Shown here: positions 1 to 14,400 of the stretch, one piece after another | How the letters are laid out: each line of letters starts with the position of its first letter | Numbering within the stretch: the first letter of the stretch is position 1 | Origin: Balanoglossus misakiensis | Lineage: Eukaryota; Animalia; Hemichordata | Length of the DNA: 64,000 nt | NCBI GenBank assembly: GCA_040954595.2 | Contig: CM082598.2 | Coordinates: forward strand, 8,075,097-8,139,096 | Reading direction: 5' to 3' | Made by a program: the position numbers and the translations under genes | The notes under the pieces: model-generated | Seen by the model: only the letters and a program-made list of their open reading frames with translations | Databases searched by the model: none | Told to the model about the DNA's origin: nothing

Positions 1-180
1 TGTAAATATTATACCCCCCGTATTTGATCAGTTGTCAATCAGAAAATCTTGAATTGTCAATTTCTTTCTTCATGTATGTATCATCAAGGTATTTTTGTTT
101 GCACTGTCTCTGCTATAAACTTGTCAGTCAACGGCTATAGTTGAACCCTTTTTCTACTGGTCAGTTCTACAAAATCTTAT

Positions 181-339
181 ATACCCTTTTCATAAGTCTT
201 GCGCCCTCATGCAGCAACAATGAATGTGAACTCAAAGTGTGGCCAATGGGGGGAAACCCCCTTAACCTCCATATGCCTCACTTTGAGTTGATATTCATGA
301 TGGCTGGTTGAGGGCGCTAGACTTGTGAAAAGGATGTAT
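181..339. repeat. Foldback (long imperfect palindrome), likely non-autonomous DNA element
   Basis: ataccctttt-cataagtcttgcgccctca...tgagggcgctagacttgtgaaaaggatgtat are reverse complements; inner arms aactcaaagtg/cactttgagtt also pair. Confidence 0.7.
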
Positions 340-729
340 CAAGGAACAGGGTTTTCTGCATGCTTTATGAAAATGTGATAGGCAGGGGAGATCATATGTC
401 TTTGATTTTCGTCGTTATGTCTCTGTACCACCACAAACAAAATACCCGGATGTACACTGCGATAGAAATGTGACCTATTCCTTACAAGAAATCTGTTTCA
501 CAAGTCAGATATTGCCATTGGATTCATCCTCACACTGGTACATGTTCCTCATTTGTCAAAATGATACCAGGTCTATTTTGTATTAATTCTTGTCACGGAT
601 AATGAACATATTATTGAATAAATAAATGAATATTAATTGCATTCTTTCTTTTGTTAAGTGCTCAAAGGTACCAATGAATACAGTTATTGTTTCATCATTT
701 GCTGAGCTTCTTGCTTTTTTTACTGAATA

Positions 730-1130
730 CCGTAATCACTCCATCAGTTGAACCAGAAAAAAATAGATATGATTTGTGAAAAGCCAAACTAATAGAATAA
801 AAATAACAAAACACAAAAAAGGCCACTCAAAGTTCTTGAATAATTTTTCAGGGGCATGTTTGCATGGCATGAACTGTATGCACTATCAGCATGTAGTTTA
901 GGTGATATTTATGATAGAATTGAACTGTTTGAGGTCACACACACTAAAATCGGTGAATTCTGAATACCTTGGAAGGTCTAAGTTGCAGATATCTTCATGA
1001 AAAATACACAATATCAACGCATGCATTTTAATCAGTGGTCAAACAATTGAAGGTTAAAAAATAATTTATTTTCCAAAGAATAGTTGGTGGTTGAATTAAT
1101 GGAGCGGTTGAACTGATAGAGTGATTACGG
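730..1130. mobile_element. Tc1/mariner-pogo-type MITE
   Basis: TIRs ccgtaatcactccatcagttgaacc / ggttgaactgatagagtgattacgg flanked by TA at 728-729 and 1131-1132. Confidence 0.8.
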
Positions 1131-2049
1131 TAAGTATCTAATGTTGGCTTGATGTGCAGTTTGTGTAACTGATTGATCAACCTGCAGTCTTCATATGAAC
1201 CTTCACTGTCTTCTGGTTATGCTAGTGTATTGAATTGTAAATATCGTGGACATAAATTTGTGAATTTGAAATCACCACCTGGAATTGACTTTTTTATTTT
1301 TATTTTTTTTAAATCACAATCTGAAATGTATCAGTAAAGATCAAAGGATTTTTTTGACTAACTGTATACACAGTTTTTGATGTCAAATGTCTACATCAAA
1401 TGTCTGCATCATGGCCATTTCATTGAAAGGTTTTATGGTGATGTCTGTACCCGATTTACTCATTTTTCACCTTAATGATTTCAGTACTGAAGCTAAATGA
1501 GTGGATAATTCAGAGAGTTCAGAGCTTTTGAAAATCTTCTGAATAGCAAGAGCTGAAATGACCCCAAGATCTTCATGTGCAGTAACATGGGCAAAATTAT
1601 CACTGATAATGTATTTTATTACCTATTACAGAAGTTTCAGCATTCTGTCATAATTAGACTAAGAAGGGTCCATTGTGTCTACTTGGAAGTGGTCCAAGTT
1701 CACTGTCACACGATGGTGACTTTGAGACCTAGAGGGGATGAAATGTTGTGCTCTCGAGCAAAACACACTTTTTACTTCTCACTACTTCCTCAGCCAGAAA
1801 TGGTTGCATGTCAGATAGAATAAGACAAAACACACAGTAAATTTTGAATTACAATTGTATGTCATATGCACCATAGATGTGTCACAAAATGTCAACAACT
1901 CGTTCAGGATATACAATTTGTTAGAATTTTACAATCTATGAACATGTAAATATGGAACACTGATTAATATACTTTGCATGCTTTCTACAATATTTTATTA
2001 TTGGTTTTAATATGAGGCATTAAAGAAAGATTATTTGCAATATAACATT

Positions 2050-2124
2050 TATGTATGTTTGTATGTATGTATGTATGTATGTATGTATGTATGTATGTAT
2101 GTATGTATGTATGTATGTATGTAT
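2050..2124. repeat. (TATG)n microsatellite
   Basis: Near-perfect tatg repeats; explains the spurious CMYV/IHTY ORFs. Confidence 0.95.
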
Positions 2125-2160
2125 TTATGCATACAGAAACTTGTAAGACTCTCTCACAAC

Positions 2161-3220
2161 TGTTACGACCCGCAGGCTGTCCGAGCCAAAAATATGCGGA
2201 TAATAGAGAGGCCAATTTAGCTGACCGGGTGGCTTGTTTTACCCCCGCACCGGCCAACAGGCCGCAACAGAAAAAATGGTCAAAGGCAGCACATGTACAA
2301 CAAACCAGTCTATTTACAGTGTTAATTTAATTGCAGATACGAGTAATATTCACAATATGTTAACTAATATTTACACTAAACTACAAACTAAACTCGAGCG
2401 TGACCAGGTGACCAAACAAAATTCCTAACAAGTTCAAAGTCTCACAAACAGTGTGGTGACTCAACGCACAACGATACTGGCCTTTCACTCAACGCACAAC
2501 AATTGCCTTTCTGTCCGTATAACGCCAGTGTACAAAAGACAGCCACGTATTACCTCAAATACAGTTCCACCGTGACATGGAAACGCGCAACCTCAGGACG
2601 GCTCCCAAATTCCACGCAGCGTCCTCGAAACCATCCACCACGGCTTCACCAAGTCCCTTCTCCAGTGTCAATCCTCAGCTACCACAGTAGACAGGCACAC
2701 TCTGTACGATGGGCTCCAATAAAATAAAATGTTCTGCATGCTATCATATAAAAAATAAAAGTTTGCAGATAAACTTATAGCCTTACAACTAAAATTTGAA
2801 TTTGCTGACTCACTATATGTACATAACTTCACCAACATGCACTGACTAGGCGTTATGATAATGATACCATGCATGTGAATGACTGTTTACAAGTTACGAG
2901 TGTCATGAAGTTGACTGCCCACTCCGTTCAAATTCCGAGTCCACGTCGTTTGATTCAAACAGTAATATGGCATTTCCTTCTGATTACCACACTCCTCGCT
3001 CACGAATAGTGGTCAAAATATGGTCACTGACAACACTTCAACATAAATACAATGAAGTGTTTAAAAATCATCTTGTAAATAAATCCAGTGTTATGGCTTG
3101 TAGAGCTGATACTTCAACTTTGTGGCTGCAAAGAGGTGAGATGGATCTACCAAAGTAGAGACTTGTTGAGATCCGAAGTAGTGGGAGTCAGAAGGTTTTA
3201 TTTCTGGTCGAGGGGTTACA
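2161..3220. mobile_element. Possible solo LTR-like insertion
   Basis: Starts tgttacgacc and ends ggtcgaggggttaca (TG...CA, partial terminal inversion); CpG-richer than flanks; no clean TSD. Confidence 0.3.
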
Positions 3221-3485
3221 ACACACGGTTGTCTGCAAGATGATAGTCATGCTCAAGACAAGAAATTACAGAGTTTATATATCTTTGAGAAAGAAAAGAA
3301 ATTAAAGATTCATCATAGCGTGATTCGCATTGTCCAATTATAAACTTTACAATACATCGGCATATTCTTGATTTTCCAATTTCAAAATCATTACACAGTA
3401 AAGTATTCTTCGGATTTCTGTCAATCATTGACGTAAATTGTAGAAAGACAAAGTAAATCAAAGAAGAAATTATCCCTATCCGATT

Positions 3486-3793
3486 CGAAAAGTCAAATAT
3501 CACCAACTTATAAATGTGCATTCGGAAAATAAAGCCCAAACGTATTCTTTGTGACCAAAAATACTGCCAGTGTGATTTTTTTGTTCAAATCCAACCTATT
3601 ATTGTTTAAATTGACTTGTGATACCATCTCTCAGCACAAAAAGCATAATTTCAGCCCAAAAATGGTTGCCATAAAAACATGTGATCACTAAACGGATATC
3701 ATTTTTGTTCTTTTCGAGCCAAGATACCCCTATGGTGAATTTTTTGTGGAAATCGGACCTATTATTATTAAAATTATTATAATTCTTTATTTA

Positions 3794-3824
<31 letters not shown>

Positions 3825-6800
3825 TTACCAGTTAAGGGGTTTAAAGAATTATATAAACAATCTATCAATTTAATAAGCACGGGTGGATTTCCTGTACAAT
3901 CATTCGTGATACTTCAGATTCATAAAGACAACATTTTTCAAAGTGGCCTATGTATCTAAAATTGCAGACGACGTTTCAACGCTTTCGGTTGGAGATTTTC
4001 TACCTAATATTCACAAAAAGACCTCGGGTATTGTTAAACACTATTTAAAACATTGTTACCCGGTGAGTCTGGTGGCGTGTGTACGACAGATCTGAGGTAC
4101 AAAACTTCGCTCGAAACCCAACACGAGTTGGAGACCGAGTTTATTTACGTACAACATTGTAGCAATTTTTCGTATGTTTGCGCGCGCTCTGGAATCACGC
4201 GATGTCAACTGAGTGTGAACGAGCTGTTTCGCGTCGTGTCGTCTGCCCAGTTTTCGTGGCTAAAACGACAGGAATAATACCCCACTTGGCTTTAGAATTG
4301 CACATATCATGAGATTTGAGCGCCATAGAAACCGCAGATATCGTGGAACAGGAAGGTTAGTGTTAAAATTATTGTTTTTAATCAAAGTATTGACCTCTGA
4401 GTTATGCTACGTTTGTGTCGGTGTCAAACGGACGCAATGTTTACAATACAAGGCAGCCAAATAGAATCAGAGAAATGAAGAAATATTATCACGATATTTT
4501 GGATTTCGTGTTATTATTTCTCGGGAATGTTATTGTTTTCTCAGACGAGGTGACAGGACAGACACACGAGGCATCTCGCGGTTCCGTTTTCAATGTTGAA
4601 TTTTATGTTTTGGCTGTATTTGCGTGTCAGCTGACAGGTCTTCGCATTCATCAGAAGCTATCGTGCGTCGCTGAGATTTGATTCTTCATAGACGAAAATT
4701 ATTTCATAACCATACCAAATAAAACATTTCCAGAAATTTAGAAGTTTGCAGACTTTTCTGCTAGTAGTCTATTTAGTGTTGAAGTCACGCTGAACTGCCA
4801 AATTTAACACAGACTCGCTGTCAATACTCAAACAGTGTACTTCTACGAGTGTGTCCTGTAACTGCCTTCCTTCAATAACCCATGTCATACAACAACAAAT
4901 AGACGGTAAACGTTTATGCAATACCAAAGAATTTATGTTTTAAAACTGGTCGACAGTCTGGAAATGCATGAACAATCGATTGATTGGATTCCTTAACTTA
5001 ACTATTGTATCTTGTATTTTTTTGTAGTTACACTGTGGAAATCGGCAGGCTGCATTGCCAGTTTTTCTGCACATGCGCAGTTCCTCTGTCTTGAAAGAAA
5101 AGTCAAATTTCACCAACTTATTATTGTGCATTCGGAAAATAAACCCCAAATGTTTTCTTTGTGAACAAAAATACTGCCAGTGTGATTTTGTGTTCAAATC
5201 CAACCAATTATTATGTAAATTGACTTGTGATACCCTCTCTTAGCACAAAAAGCATAATTTCAGCCCCAAAATGGTTGCCATAGAAACATGTGATCACTAA
5301 ACGGATATCATTTTTGTTCTTATTGAGCCAAGATACCCCTATGGTGAAATTTTTGTGGAAATCGGACCTATTATTATTAAAATTATTATTTTTATATAAT
5401 TCTTTATTTAATTATTATTATTATTATTATTACCAGTTAAGGGGTTTAAAGAATTATATAAACAATCTATCAATTTAATAAGCACGGGTGGATTTCCTGT
5501 ACAATCATTCGTGATACTTCAGATTCATAAAGACAACATTTTTCAAAGTGGCCTATGTATCTAAAATTGCAGACGACGTTTCAACGCTTTCGGTTGGAGA
5601 TTTTCTACCTAATATTCACAAAAAGACCTCGGGTATTGTTAAACACTATTTAAAACCTTGTTACCCGGTGAGTCTGGTGGCGTGTGTACGACAGATCTGA
5701 GGTACAAAACTTCGCTCGAAACCCAACACGAGTTGGAGACCGAGTTTATTTACGTACAACATTGTAGCAATTTTTCGTATGTTTGCGCGCGCTCTGGAAT
5801 CACACGATGTCAACTGAGTGTGAACGAGCTGTTTCGCGTCGTGTCGTCTGCCCAGTTTTCGTGGCTAAAACGACAGGAATAATACCCCAGTTGGCTTTAG
5901 AATTGCACATATCATGAGATTTGAGCGCCATAGAAACCGCAGATATCGTGGAACAGGAAGGCTAGTGTTAAAATTATTGTTTTTAATCAAAGTATTGACC
6001 TCTGAGTTATGCTACGTTTGTGTCGGTGTCAAACGGACGCAAAGTTTACAATACAAGGCAGCCAAATAGAATAAGTGAAATGAAGAAATGTTATCACGAT
6101 ATTTTGGATTTCGTGTTATTATTTCTCGGGAATTTTATTGTTTTCTCAGACAAGGTGACAGAACACAGGCTCAAGGCACCTCGCGGTTCCGTTTTCAATG
6201 TTGAATTTTATGTTTTGGCTGTATTTGCGTGTCAGCTGACAGGTCTTCGCATTCATCAGAAGCTATCGTGCGTCGCTGAGATTTGATTCTTCATAGACGA
6301 AAATTATTTCATAACCATACCAAATAAAACATTTCCAGAAATTTAGAAGTTTGCAGACTTTTCTGCTAGTTGTCTATTTAGTGTTGAAGTCACGCTGAAC
6401 TGCCAAATTTAACACAGACTCGCTGTCAATACTCAAACAGTGTACTTCTACGAGTGTGTCCTGTAACTGCCTTCCTTCAATAACCCATGTCATACAACAA
6501 CAAATAGACGGTAAACGTTTATGCAATACCAATGAATTTATGTTTTAAAACTGGTCGACAGTCTGGAAACGCATGAACAATCGATTGATTGGATTCCTTA
6601 ACGGTACTATTGTATCTTGTATTTTTTTGTAGTTACACTGTGGAAATCGGCAGGCTGCATTGCCAGTTTTTCTGCACATGCGCAGTTCCTCAGTCTTGAA
6701 AGAAAAGTCAAATTTCACCAACTTATTATTGTGCATTCGGAAAATAAACCCCAAATGTTTTCTTTGTGAACAAAAATACTCCCAGTGTGATTTTGTGTTC

Positions 6801-7856
6801 AAATCCAACTAATTATTATGTAAATTGACTTGTGATACCCTCTCTTAGCACAAAAAGCATAATTTCAGCCCCAAAATGGTTGCCATAGAAACATGTGATC
6901 ACTAAACGGATATCATTTTTGTTCTTTTTGAGCCAAGATACCCTTATGGTGAAATTTTTGTGGAAATCGGACCTATTATTATTAAAATTATTATTTTTAT
7001 ATAATTCTTTATTTAATTATTATTATTACCAGTTAAGGGGTTGAAAGAATTATATAAACAATTTATGAATTTAATAAGCACGGGTTGATTTTCTGTACAA
7101 TCATTCCCGATTCTTCCGATTCATCATTTAGCGCTGAAGACATCATTTTTCAAAGTGAGTGTATCAAAAAGATAGGCCTACATCTAAAAATGCAGACATT
7201 CCAATGCTTTCGGTTGGAGATTTTCTACATATTCACAAAAAACACAGGTTTAGTTAACACTATTTAAAACCTTGTTACCCGGTGAGTCTGGTGGCGTATG
7301 TACGGCAGATGTAAGGTACAACACTTCGCTCGAAACCCAATACGAGTTGGAGACTGAGTATATTTATGCCTGCGTACAACATTGTAGCAATTTTTCGCAT
7401 GTATGCGCGCGCTCTGAAATCACGCGATGTCAACTGAGTGTGAACGAGCTGTTTCACGTCGTGTCGTCTGCCCAGTTTTCGTGGCTAAAACGACAGGAAT
7501 AATACCCCAGTTGGCTTTAGAATTGCACATATCGTGAGATTTGAGCGCCATAGAAACTGCAGATATCGTGGAACAGGAAGGTTAGTGTTTAAATCATTGA
7601 TTTTAATCGAAGAATTGACCTCTGAGTTATGCTACGTTTGTGTCGGTGTCAAACGGACGCAGCCACATAGAATCGGAGAAATGAAGAAATGTTATCACGA
7701 TAATTTGGATTTCGTGTTATTATTTCTCGGGAATTTTATTGTTTTCTCAGACGAGGTGACAGAATAGACACACGAGGCATCTCGCGGTTCCGTTTTCTAT
7801 GTTAAATTTTATGATTTGACTGCATATGCGTGTCAGCTGACGGGTCTTCGCATTCA
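3486..7856. repeat. Tandem segmental repeat, ~1.6-kb unit, ~2.7 copies
   Basis: Equivalent positions 4053/5658/7272 (periods 1605 and 1614 bp); copies 1 and 2 nearly identical, copy 3 more diverged and truncated at ~7856; each unit holds an (ATT)n tract. Confidence 0.95.
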
Positions 7857-8649
7857 CAGGGGACCCGACACACCCATGTACTACACACGCGATTGTGCAA
7901 TACCTTTGGCCAAGCTTGGTCGTACTCTAATCTTGGCCGAAGGTATTCGTCTGTAGGTTTGGCCAAGCTTGTTTGTTGAAAATGTTACTCCAAGCCTATC
8001 TCCAAATCTTGTGCCAAGGTTGTGTATCAAATCTTGGGGGAAGGTTTTGGCCAAACCTGTAAAAAAGCTTACCTCTCACCATGCTTCATTTAAGCTTTTT
8101 TAAGATTTGACAAACCTTTCGACGAAATAGATTAAAATGCGCCGCGGCATGTATAACTTCACGATTAATTACCGCTGGCTTAGGGAAACTACAACTTACG
8201 AGTACTGTTTGACCACACAACGGGCAAATTTTTTTTTATTGCGTTACTGTTTGTGTGTGTGTGTGTGTGTGTGAACTTGCAAAGATTTTTTTACAGGGTC
8301 ATAGTTTGTGGTATTTTCATTTAATATTATTTGGGCCGCCGCAATGGAAAAGGGCCCTTATGCAAGTCTCCGTCACTTTTAGTAATTTGCATTTGAATAG
8401 GTGACGTTCTATGTGTGCTTTTCACATGCAAATATTCGCCTGCACGTTGGAGGAAAACGGATTTGTTCAGTATATCGCCCAACTTTTTCGAGAAAATGAC
8501 AAAAGATATTCAAAGTATATCACGAAACACAGAACCTTTATGTCATTAATTCAGTGAATTCGATTTCTATAGCTCAAAAAACACTTCGCACGTAGAGCGT
8601 TTACATTGTATCTAATTTTCTTCCCGCCATTTTGATCAGTTCATATACA

Positions 8650-9670
8650 TGTGACCTGCCCCGCCATGCGTCAGTGCAGTCCTCCAGGTGGGAATCGGTG
8701 GAGTCTATGCCTGGCTGAGGATGGACCAACAGCGTGGTTTTGGGGCTGTGCAGAGCATGTAGCCGGCAGTGTAGTCAAGTTAGAGCCCGTAGTAATAGGT
8801 CAGTCAGGACGCGGCGAATCGGCTATTTCACAACATTGGCGCTGCGAGCAGTTTGCGTGCGAACCTGGAGTGAGGTAGACTTGGCAAATGGTCCAAGTAC
8901 ACGTTACGCGGGAAAGGAGTAGAGTGGTGTTTCTGAGCTTTGGCGGAATTCGGCGATTGCGTCCGGGTGAGACGTGGGGCTTTTCTGGGTAAGGAAAAGT
9001 GGGATATCGAGAATTACCGGGCAAGAAGACACTGGGCAAACTCTAAATTTCCGCGGGGCATTTTTAGTGATATTTAGGGACGGTGCCGGGGTTTTGAAGA
9101 TAGTTTTCAGCGAATTTTCCGTGGATTTTCTTACTAACCACGTGGGTGGAAACGGGGCCATTGTCGTAGAGGCAGCAGTCTGCTCTTGGTTTCAACACGT
9201 TTTTCATTCCGATTTGGGAATCATTCATCTGTTTTTGATAGCGTTCAGGATTTTCTTGAATATTTTTCTGAATTTTCAATCGCACATTTTGTTTGTTCGC
9301 GTTTACGTGTGTCGTCTGTTCTATTTTTTAGCGACCCTCACTCCAGAAAAACGTGTTTCGGAGCAGCGTTCCGCGCATGCGCAGAAACTTTTCCAGCCAT
9401 TTCCAGAGAACGGTACGGTACATTCCGCGTCTTTTTGGTGTGGGAGTGAGTGAGCGTTCGTTTATTTTACTCCCTTTACATCTTTTATTTATCACTCGGT
9501 TCATGCGAGTGGCCTATTTATTTACGTTCGTGATTATTCTTTTCAATAAAAAACCGTTTTATATTTATCAACCTCAAGCTGGTGTTGCCTGGGACAACCA
9601 GCAGTGTGTGTCAAGTATTGTGATTTTTATTTTGGGGAACTTGGCTGTACGTTTAAAAAAAAGTTACGAG
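8650..9670 (+). mobile_element. CpG-rich LTR-like insertion (unclassified)
   Basis: Abrupt GC/CpG-rich block starting tgtgac; AATAAA at ~9545 followed by a hairpin (gctggtgttg...caaccagc) and GT/T-rich tract, as in LTR R/U5 regions; no convincing TSD. Confidence 0.3.
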
Positions 9671-11492
9671 GGGAAGAAGTACAGCACTAACGGGCTCATC
9701 AAACATCTCGAAGGGCCCACCACAGTGATTTCCCAGGTTGATTTAGCTTCCGGGGATAAGCACCTAATTATTTCATTTTACCCAGGACATTCCTTTTGAA
9801 CTGAAGTTGAACCTCTGGGGTAATGTTAATTTCTGAGTTGATTGGTCAGCCGTCACCGATTCGATCAGGATGACCTCCAATCAGAAAGTATATTCATACA
9901 TGTGACACTAGGACCCTTAAAATTTTACCAGGGGTAGGGGAGAAGGTAGCCCAAGCAATTATTGCACTGAGAAACAAATTTGGTAAGGTTACACCTGGCA
10001 TGTTGAAAGACGTGCCCCGCCCTAGGTTGACACCAGAGTTTCACAAGAAAGTTGTGTATGACACAAAAATGGGAAATTCCCCCCGTACTGACTATTCATC
10101 AGACAGTTACATGAATTGTAGCAATAGGAGCCCTGGTGTAAATGCCAAAAGAAGTTGCCCTCCTCAATATAGCACCAATATAAAGTTAATGCATGTAGTT
10201 CTCATGAAATTGAAACTTCAAAAAAAACGAAAAGTGCAGCCAGACAAAAGTCAAATCAACAAAGTTTTAATGTCAAAAATAACAAGATGTGAAAACTGGT
10301 GGGTATACACTGAATAATAACATTAAACCAATGTATAATCTTAATTGAACTTGTGCCACAAGCAATATTGTGTTATAATGATCATGCACCCTGCCAACAG
10401 AATGCAATTATTTCAACCCGTGTTGCAGTCATCATTATGGTATAGCAAACATACAGCATGCAATGCCTGGTGATGAAATATGCAACAAAGACTGTTATAA
10501 TAAAACCTACAATGATTAAAAAAATCGTGAAGGTGATCCTGAAAAAAAGAAACCTTTCACATGCAGTGCCTATAGAGACATGCTGATTATGACAGCAGAT
10601 CACATAGTGTTCATGGGAGTGAAGGGATTCAACCCACACTTTCTTGATGGTGTTGGGAAAATGACTCACATGCCCAGAAACACTTTCAGACACAAAGTTC
10701 AATTTTCAGACCCAAATGAAGAACATTGGGGTGCCCCGAGTGGAAATCACAAGCCCCACAATCCAAGTGGTTTCTCACAAATGAACGAAAGCCCTAGGCA
10801 TGATCCAAGTCTGGGTGAGGGAGGGCCTTGGGGACAATTATAGAGGCGGAAATCGGGGAAGTCTATGCCTGGTTACAATATAAAAGGATGTAAAAAATTG
10901 AACAACCAAAAATGATCAAAAGTACTATTTTATATAAAACATTCTATTGCTAAAGTACTACAGATATATACTATAGAATACAGCTTACACTTTTACTTGT
11001 TTAGTAAATGAAGCATCAATTTTTTGATTAACTTTTCAAGTGACACTACAAAAGACTATATGTAAAAAAAAATACAATGACACTTGTTCATACAGTACTG
11101 TATACGTAATGTCCTGGGTATGACAATAAACTGCATCCGGCAGCAAGGCCCTAGTATGGGAATACCTGGGCTTGGGGGAGAATGTCACTACACCCTTAAT
11201 TGCTGCTGTGCTGGGTCACCCTTGGGTAACTGAGGCACCACACGGCTACTTTGTGAGCATGCTGCAAGGTTAGCTGGCAAGTTGCTGGTCTAGTAACTTG
11301 CGACAGGAGAGTGATTGAGATCTCGAAGGCAGCTTTTAGTGTGTCACAATATGGTAAAGGGTGGCAAAAGTGGGACAAAGACTGAAAAATTAAGTCTTTT
11401 TTCAACATTTGAAATTTAATTTACTGCATGCTTAGCCTCTGTTTCACTGTGTACAGTAACTGTCACGGAGAATTGTAAAATAGACATTTCCA

Positions 11493-14400
11493 CTAGTCAC
11501 CCCCGTATGTTTTTTTAAGGTGTGTGAACCTAAATCTGTTGAGGAGATACACATTGTGATTTGCATTGCATTTAAAAACGCTTTTAAGGCGTCTCAAGTT
11601 GTTTCTTTCTATTTGAAATACTTTATTCAAAAGCTGTAGGTGACAATGTCCACCACAACAGTCGTGAACGATGCTGACCATTTGTATGATGTTTTGCGGT
11701 GGTACTAGTTTGTAGCTCCCTTCCCGGTGTACAACCTGACATCCAAACAAGTCATCAAATTCTTGATGTACATTGTACTCCTGGATCTGTACCAGGCCTC
11801 TGATTGGATGTCTGCCTATCTTGACTTCAAAGATTGAGCTGACCATTCCAATCTTTACCTGTTGACATCAATATAATGTAGCCATTACAGATGGATAACT
11901 TTGATTTGAAACTTGATATAGATGTTCATGGGGTGACTCTAGTCAGAATTTATCAAATAGGAGAACCCAAGTAAGATTTTGCTAAAAAAAATTCTATTTG
12001 CATAAATGTGTTATTGGGGAATTTTTTTTCCAATTTTTTTTAAAAAATTGTTTCCGCATGTCACATTGCATTGAACTTTGTTCCTTATAGTGATTGAAGT
12101 AAGATATTGTACAAATTTGGTGATATTTGTATTTTTGCCACTTTCGAACAAGTATTTTCTTTAAAACTGTTTTGAAATTGTTTTCTCTGATTGCTTTGAA
12201 ATTTAGGATACAATTTCATAACACATATATGTGCAACTTTTGTTCAATTCTGATATCAGAAATATTCAATATTTAGCGAGTTTTTTGTAAGTTTCTTTGT
12301 TTTTTTGGTTAGCAAATATTCTCCTTGTTTTGAAAGTTACTGTTTACAAGGAGTTGAAAATTTTTGTATACATGTACCTGCCCGAGGTGGGGTTACTGCT
12401 TAAATATCTTATGAGAAAAAACAAAGCTTGATAAGATTTCAAATGTCAACTGGAATGGAATTTTGAGTTATCTGAGCTCAGCTTGAGTACTATGTGTTCG
12501 ATTCTTTGATGCCATCAAAAGTCACCTGTATATTTAGTATTAATACCTTGTTGTCTTTGTCTTTGTATACGACTGACGATCCTACTCTAACCGTCTCATC
12601 CGATTTGGCAACCACACCATTGTAGGTTGCGTAGCTGCCATTTCCTATGTCACCCAATGTTAAGTTTGGATCTTGGAAGAAGTCCAGTAGCTGTTGGTGG
12701 TGTAGTGGAATATCCTTGGTTGATGCTGTCTTTTTGTGATGGTGTTGGTCTCGGTGCGGTTGGACCAGTTTGCCGGAAAATTTGACCACGCTGGCTTCTC
12801 TGCCAAACAGGTAGTTGTTGACAGTTTCTGTCTGTCCAAACCCTTTGACACCTTGAGCTGCCTTATATCTGCAACAAATGAAATTGTGTATACCAGTCAA
12901 AGATGACATGAGGTCTGAATTATGCTTTCTGCAGTCCATGTTATTATCATTAGAACAAATTGATATGGCATATGGAAAACTTATATTTTGTATTTTTAGG
13001 GATGATTTTGGAACAATGCATAGAGAAAGTATTTGATGACAAAGTGTACAGGTTATCTTTCAAAGTCTCCTTACGTTGCCAATTTGATGACAGACAGAGA
13101 GAATACAGGTCATTTGAAAATGCAACGTAATGGTCTGTGGAAAGAGGTGAGTAAACATGTGTGAGGCATTGTTTCTATACTGCACAATTGTTCTAACAGG
13201 GTTTTACCAATTCCAACTTGACATTTGAATGACCTTCTAGAACTTTCTAAATATTTCAGGTCACACTGATAGTCTAGATCGGACAATCAGCAGCTGGTCA
13301 AAATCCTGTCAGCGGAATTGTTCTAAAGTATTTTCCCCAGACGTTGGGAGTCTGTCTTTTCTATTGGTCAGTATAACTTTACATGTATGCGAAAAAATAT
13401 CTGCCTGTCATGAACTTTGTCTATGGCATATAACTGTCATAGCTAGGTCTATCATTTGGAAATTACGTACATATTTTCATTTACTTTCCACTTCCCACCA
13501 TCTATTAGGAACCGCAACACTTCTTGTTTTGTGAGATGATTTACTGTATCCGAACTGGGATTGTGTCGGTTCGTGTATGTTTGCACCAACCTCACCCTCC
13601 CATTTTCTTCCTCGAACTTTTCAGCTTGGTAGCCTTGGGCATGCCCGTGCTTGATGATATCACCTGCGATGTGCAGAAGATAGTGTGTCGTCTGCTTCCT
13701 TACAATTAAAAGAAATGAATTTAGGTGAGTTATATGCATGCTTCTAAAACGAAATAGTCCTGGCCAATGTCACCTCACACCAATCTCTGACCTTATAAAG
13801 CAGAACCATGTAATTCTCTTCTGATTGTTTATACAAATTTTACCATTGTCAAATGATAGCCTACACTGTTATGTTAACTGTGAAGGGCGTCAACTAGGAA
13901 CAGAGTCTGACAAAATGTGTCCACAAACACCAGGTTGAGACCAGGGTCAACCACAAACCACCCCATTCGACTGGGACCAAAATTGTCCGGACAAGGGTCT
14001 GCCAGACCCATTCACACCTGTTTTGTTTGTTTTTTTTTGCTCGGCCACGTACTTGGCTAGGACATGGGCCTAGCCTTTTTGTTAGTAATGTAAACGGCCT
14101 ATGTGTTTCTACAAGTCTTTATGAATAGAATAAGAGTTTGCAAAGAAAAAAAAAATCATCGTAAATAGCTGATTTTGGGGTTTTCTGAAGTTTTAAGGTC
14201 AGATACCTTATTAGCGTACTGCCAGTCTCCGTCGGTTTTGATACTAACTCCTGCACTGCCAATTGTAGATTTTGCAGTTCTTCATTTGTATAAGATCCAT
14301 GTCTATATATGAGATGAGTTATCTACATGGTACAGAAAGGGGAATAATAAAATTTTAAAGCAATCATACTGTTCACTCCATTGTGTATAATCCTCCTTTC

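Noticed and set aside
1985-2330. CMYV/IHTY-repeat ORFs (also 30966-31329)
   Set aside because: Translations of (TATG)n and (GGGT)n microsatellites.
4053-7767. Recurrent short ORFs (MLPGESGG..., MSVSNGR...)
   Set aside because: Recur only because of the 1.6-kb tandem repeat; non-ATG starts and no recognisable domains.
8645-9906. 11-bp direct repeat atacatgtgac as a TSD
   Set aside because: Short enough to be chance, and it does not match the compositional end of the GC-rich block (~9670).
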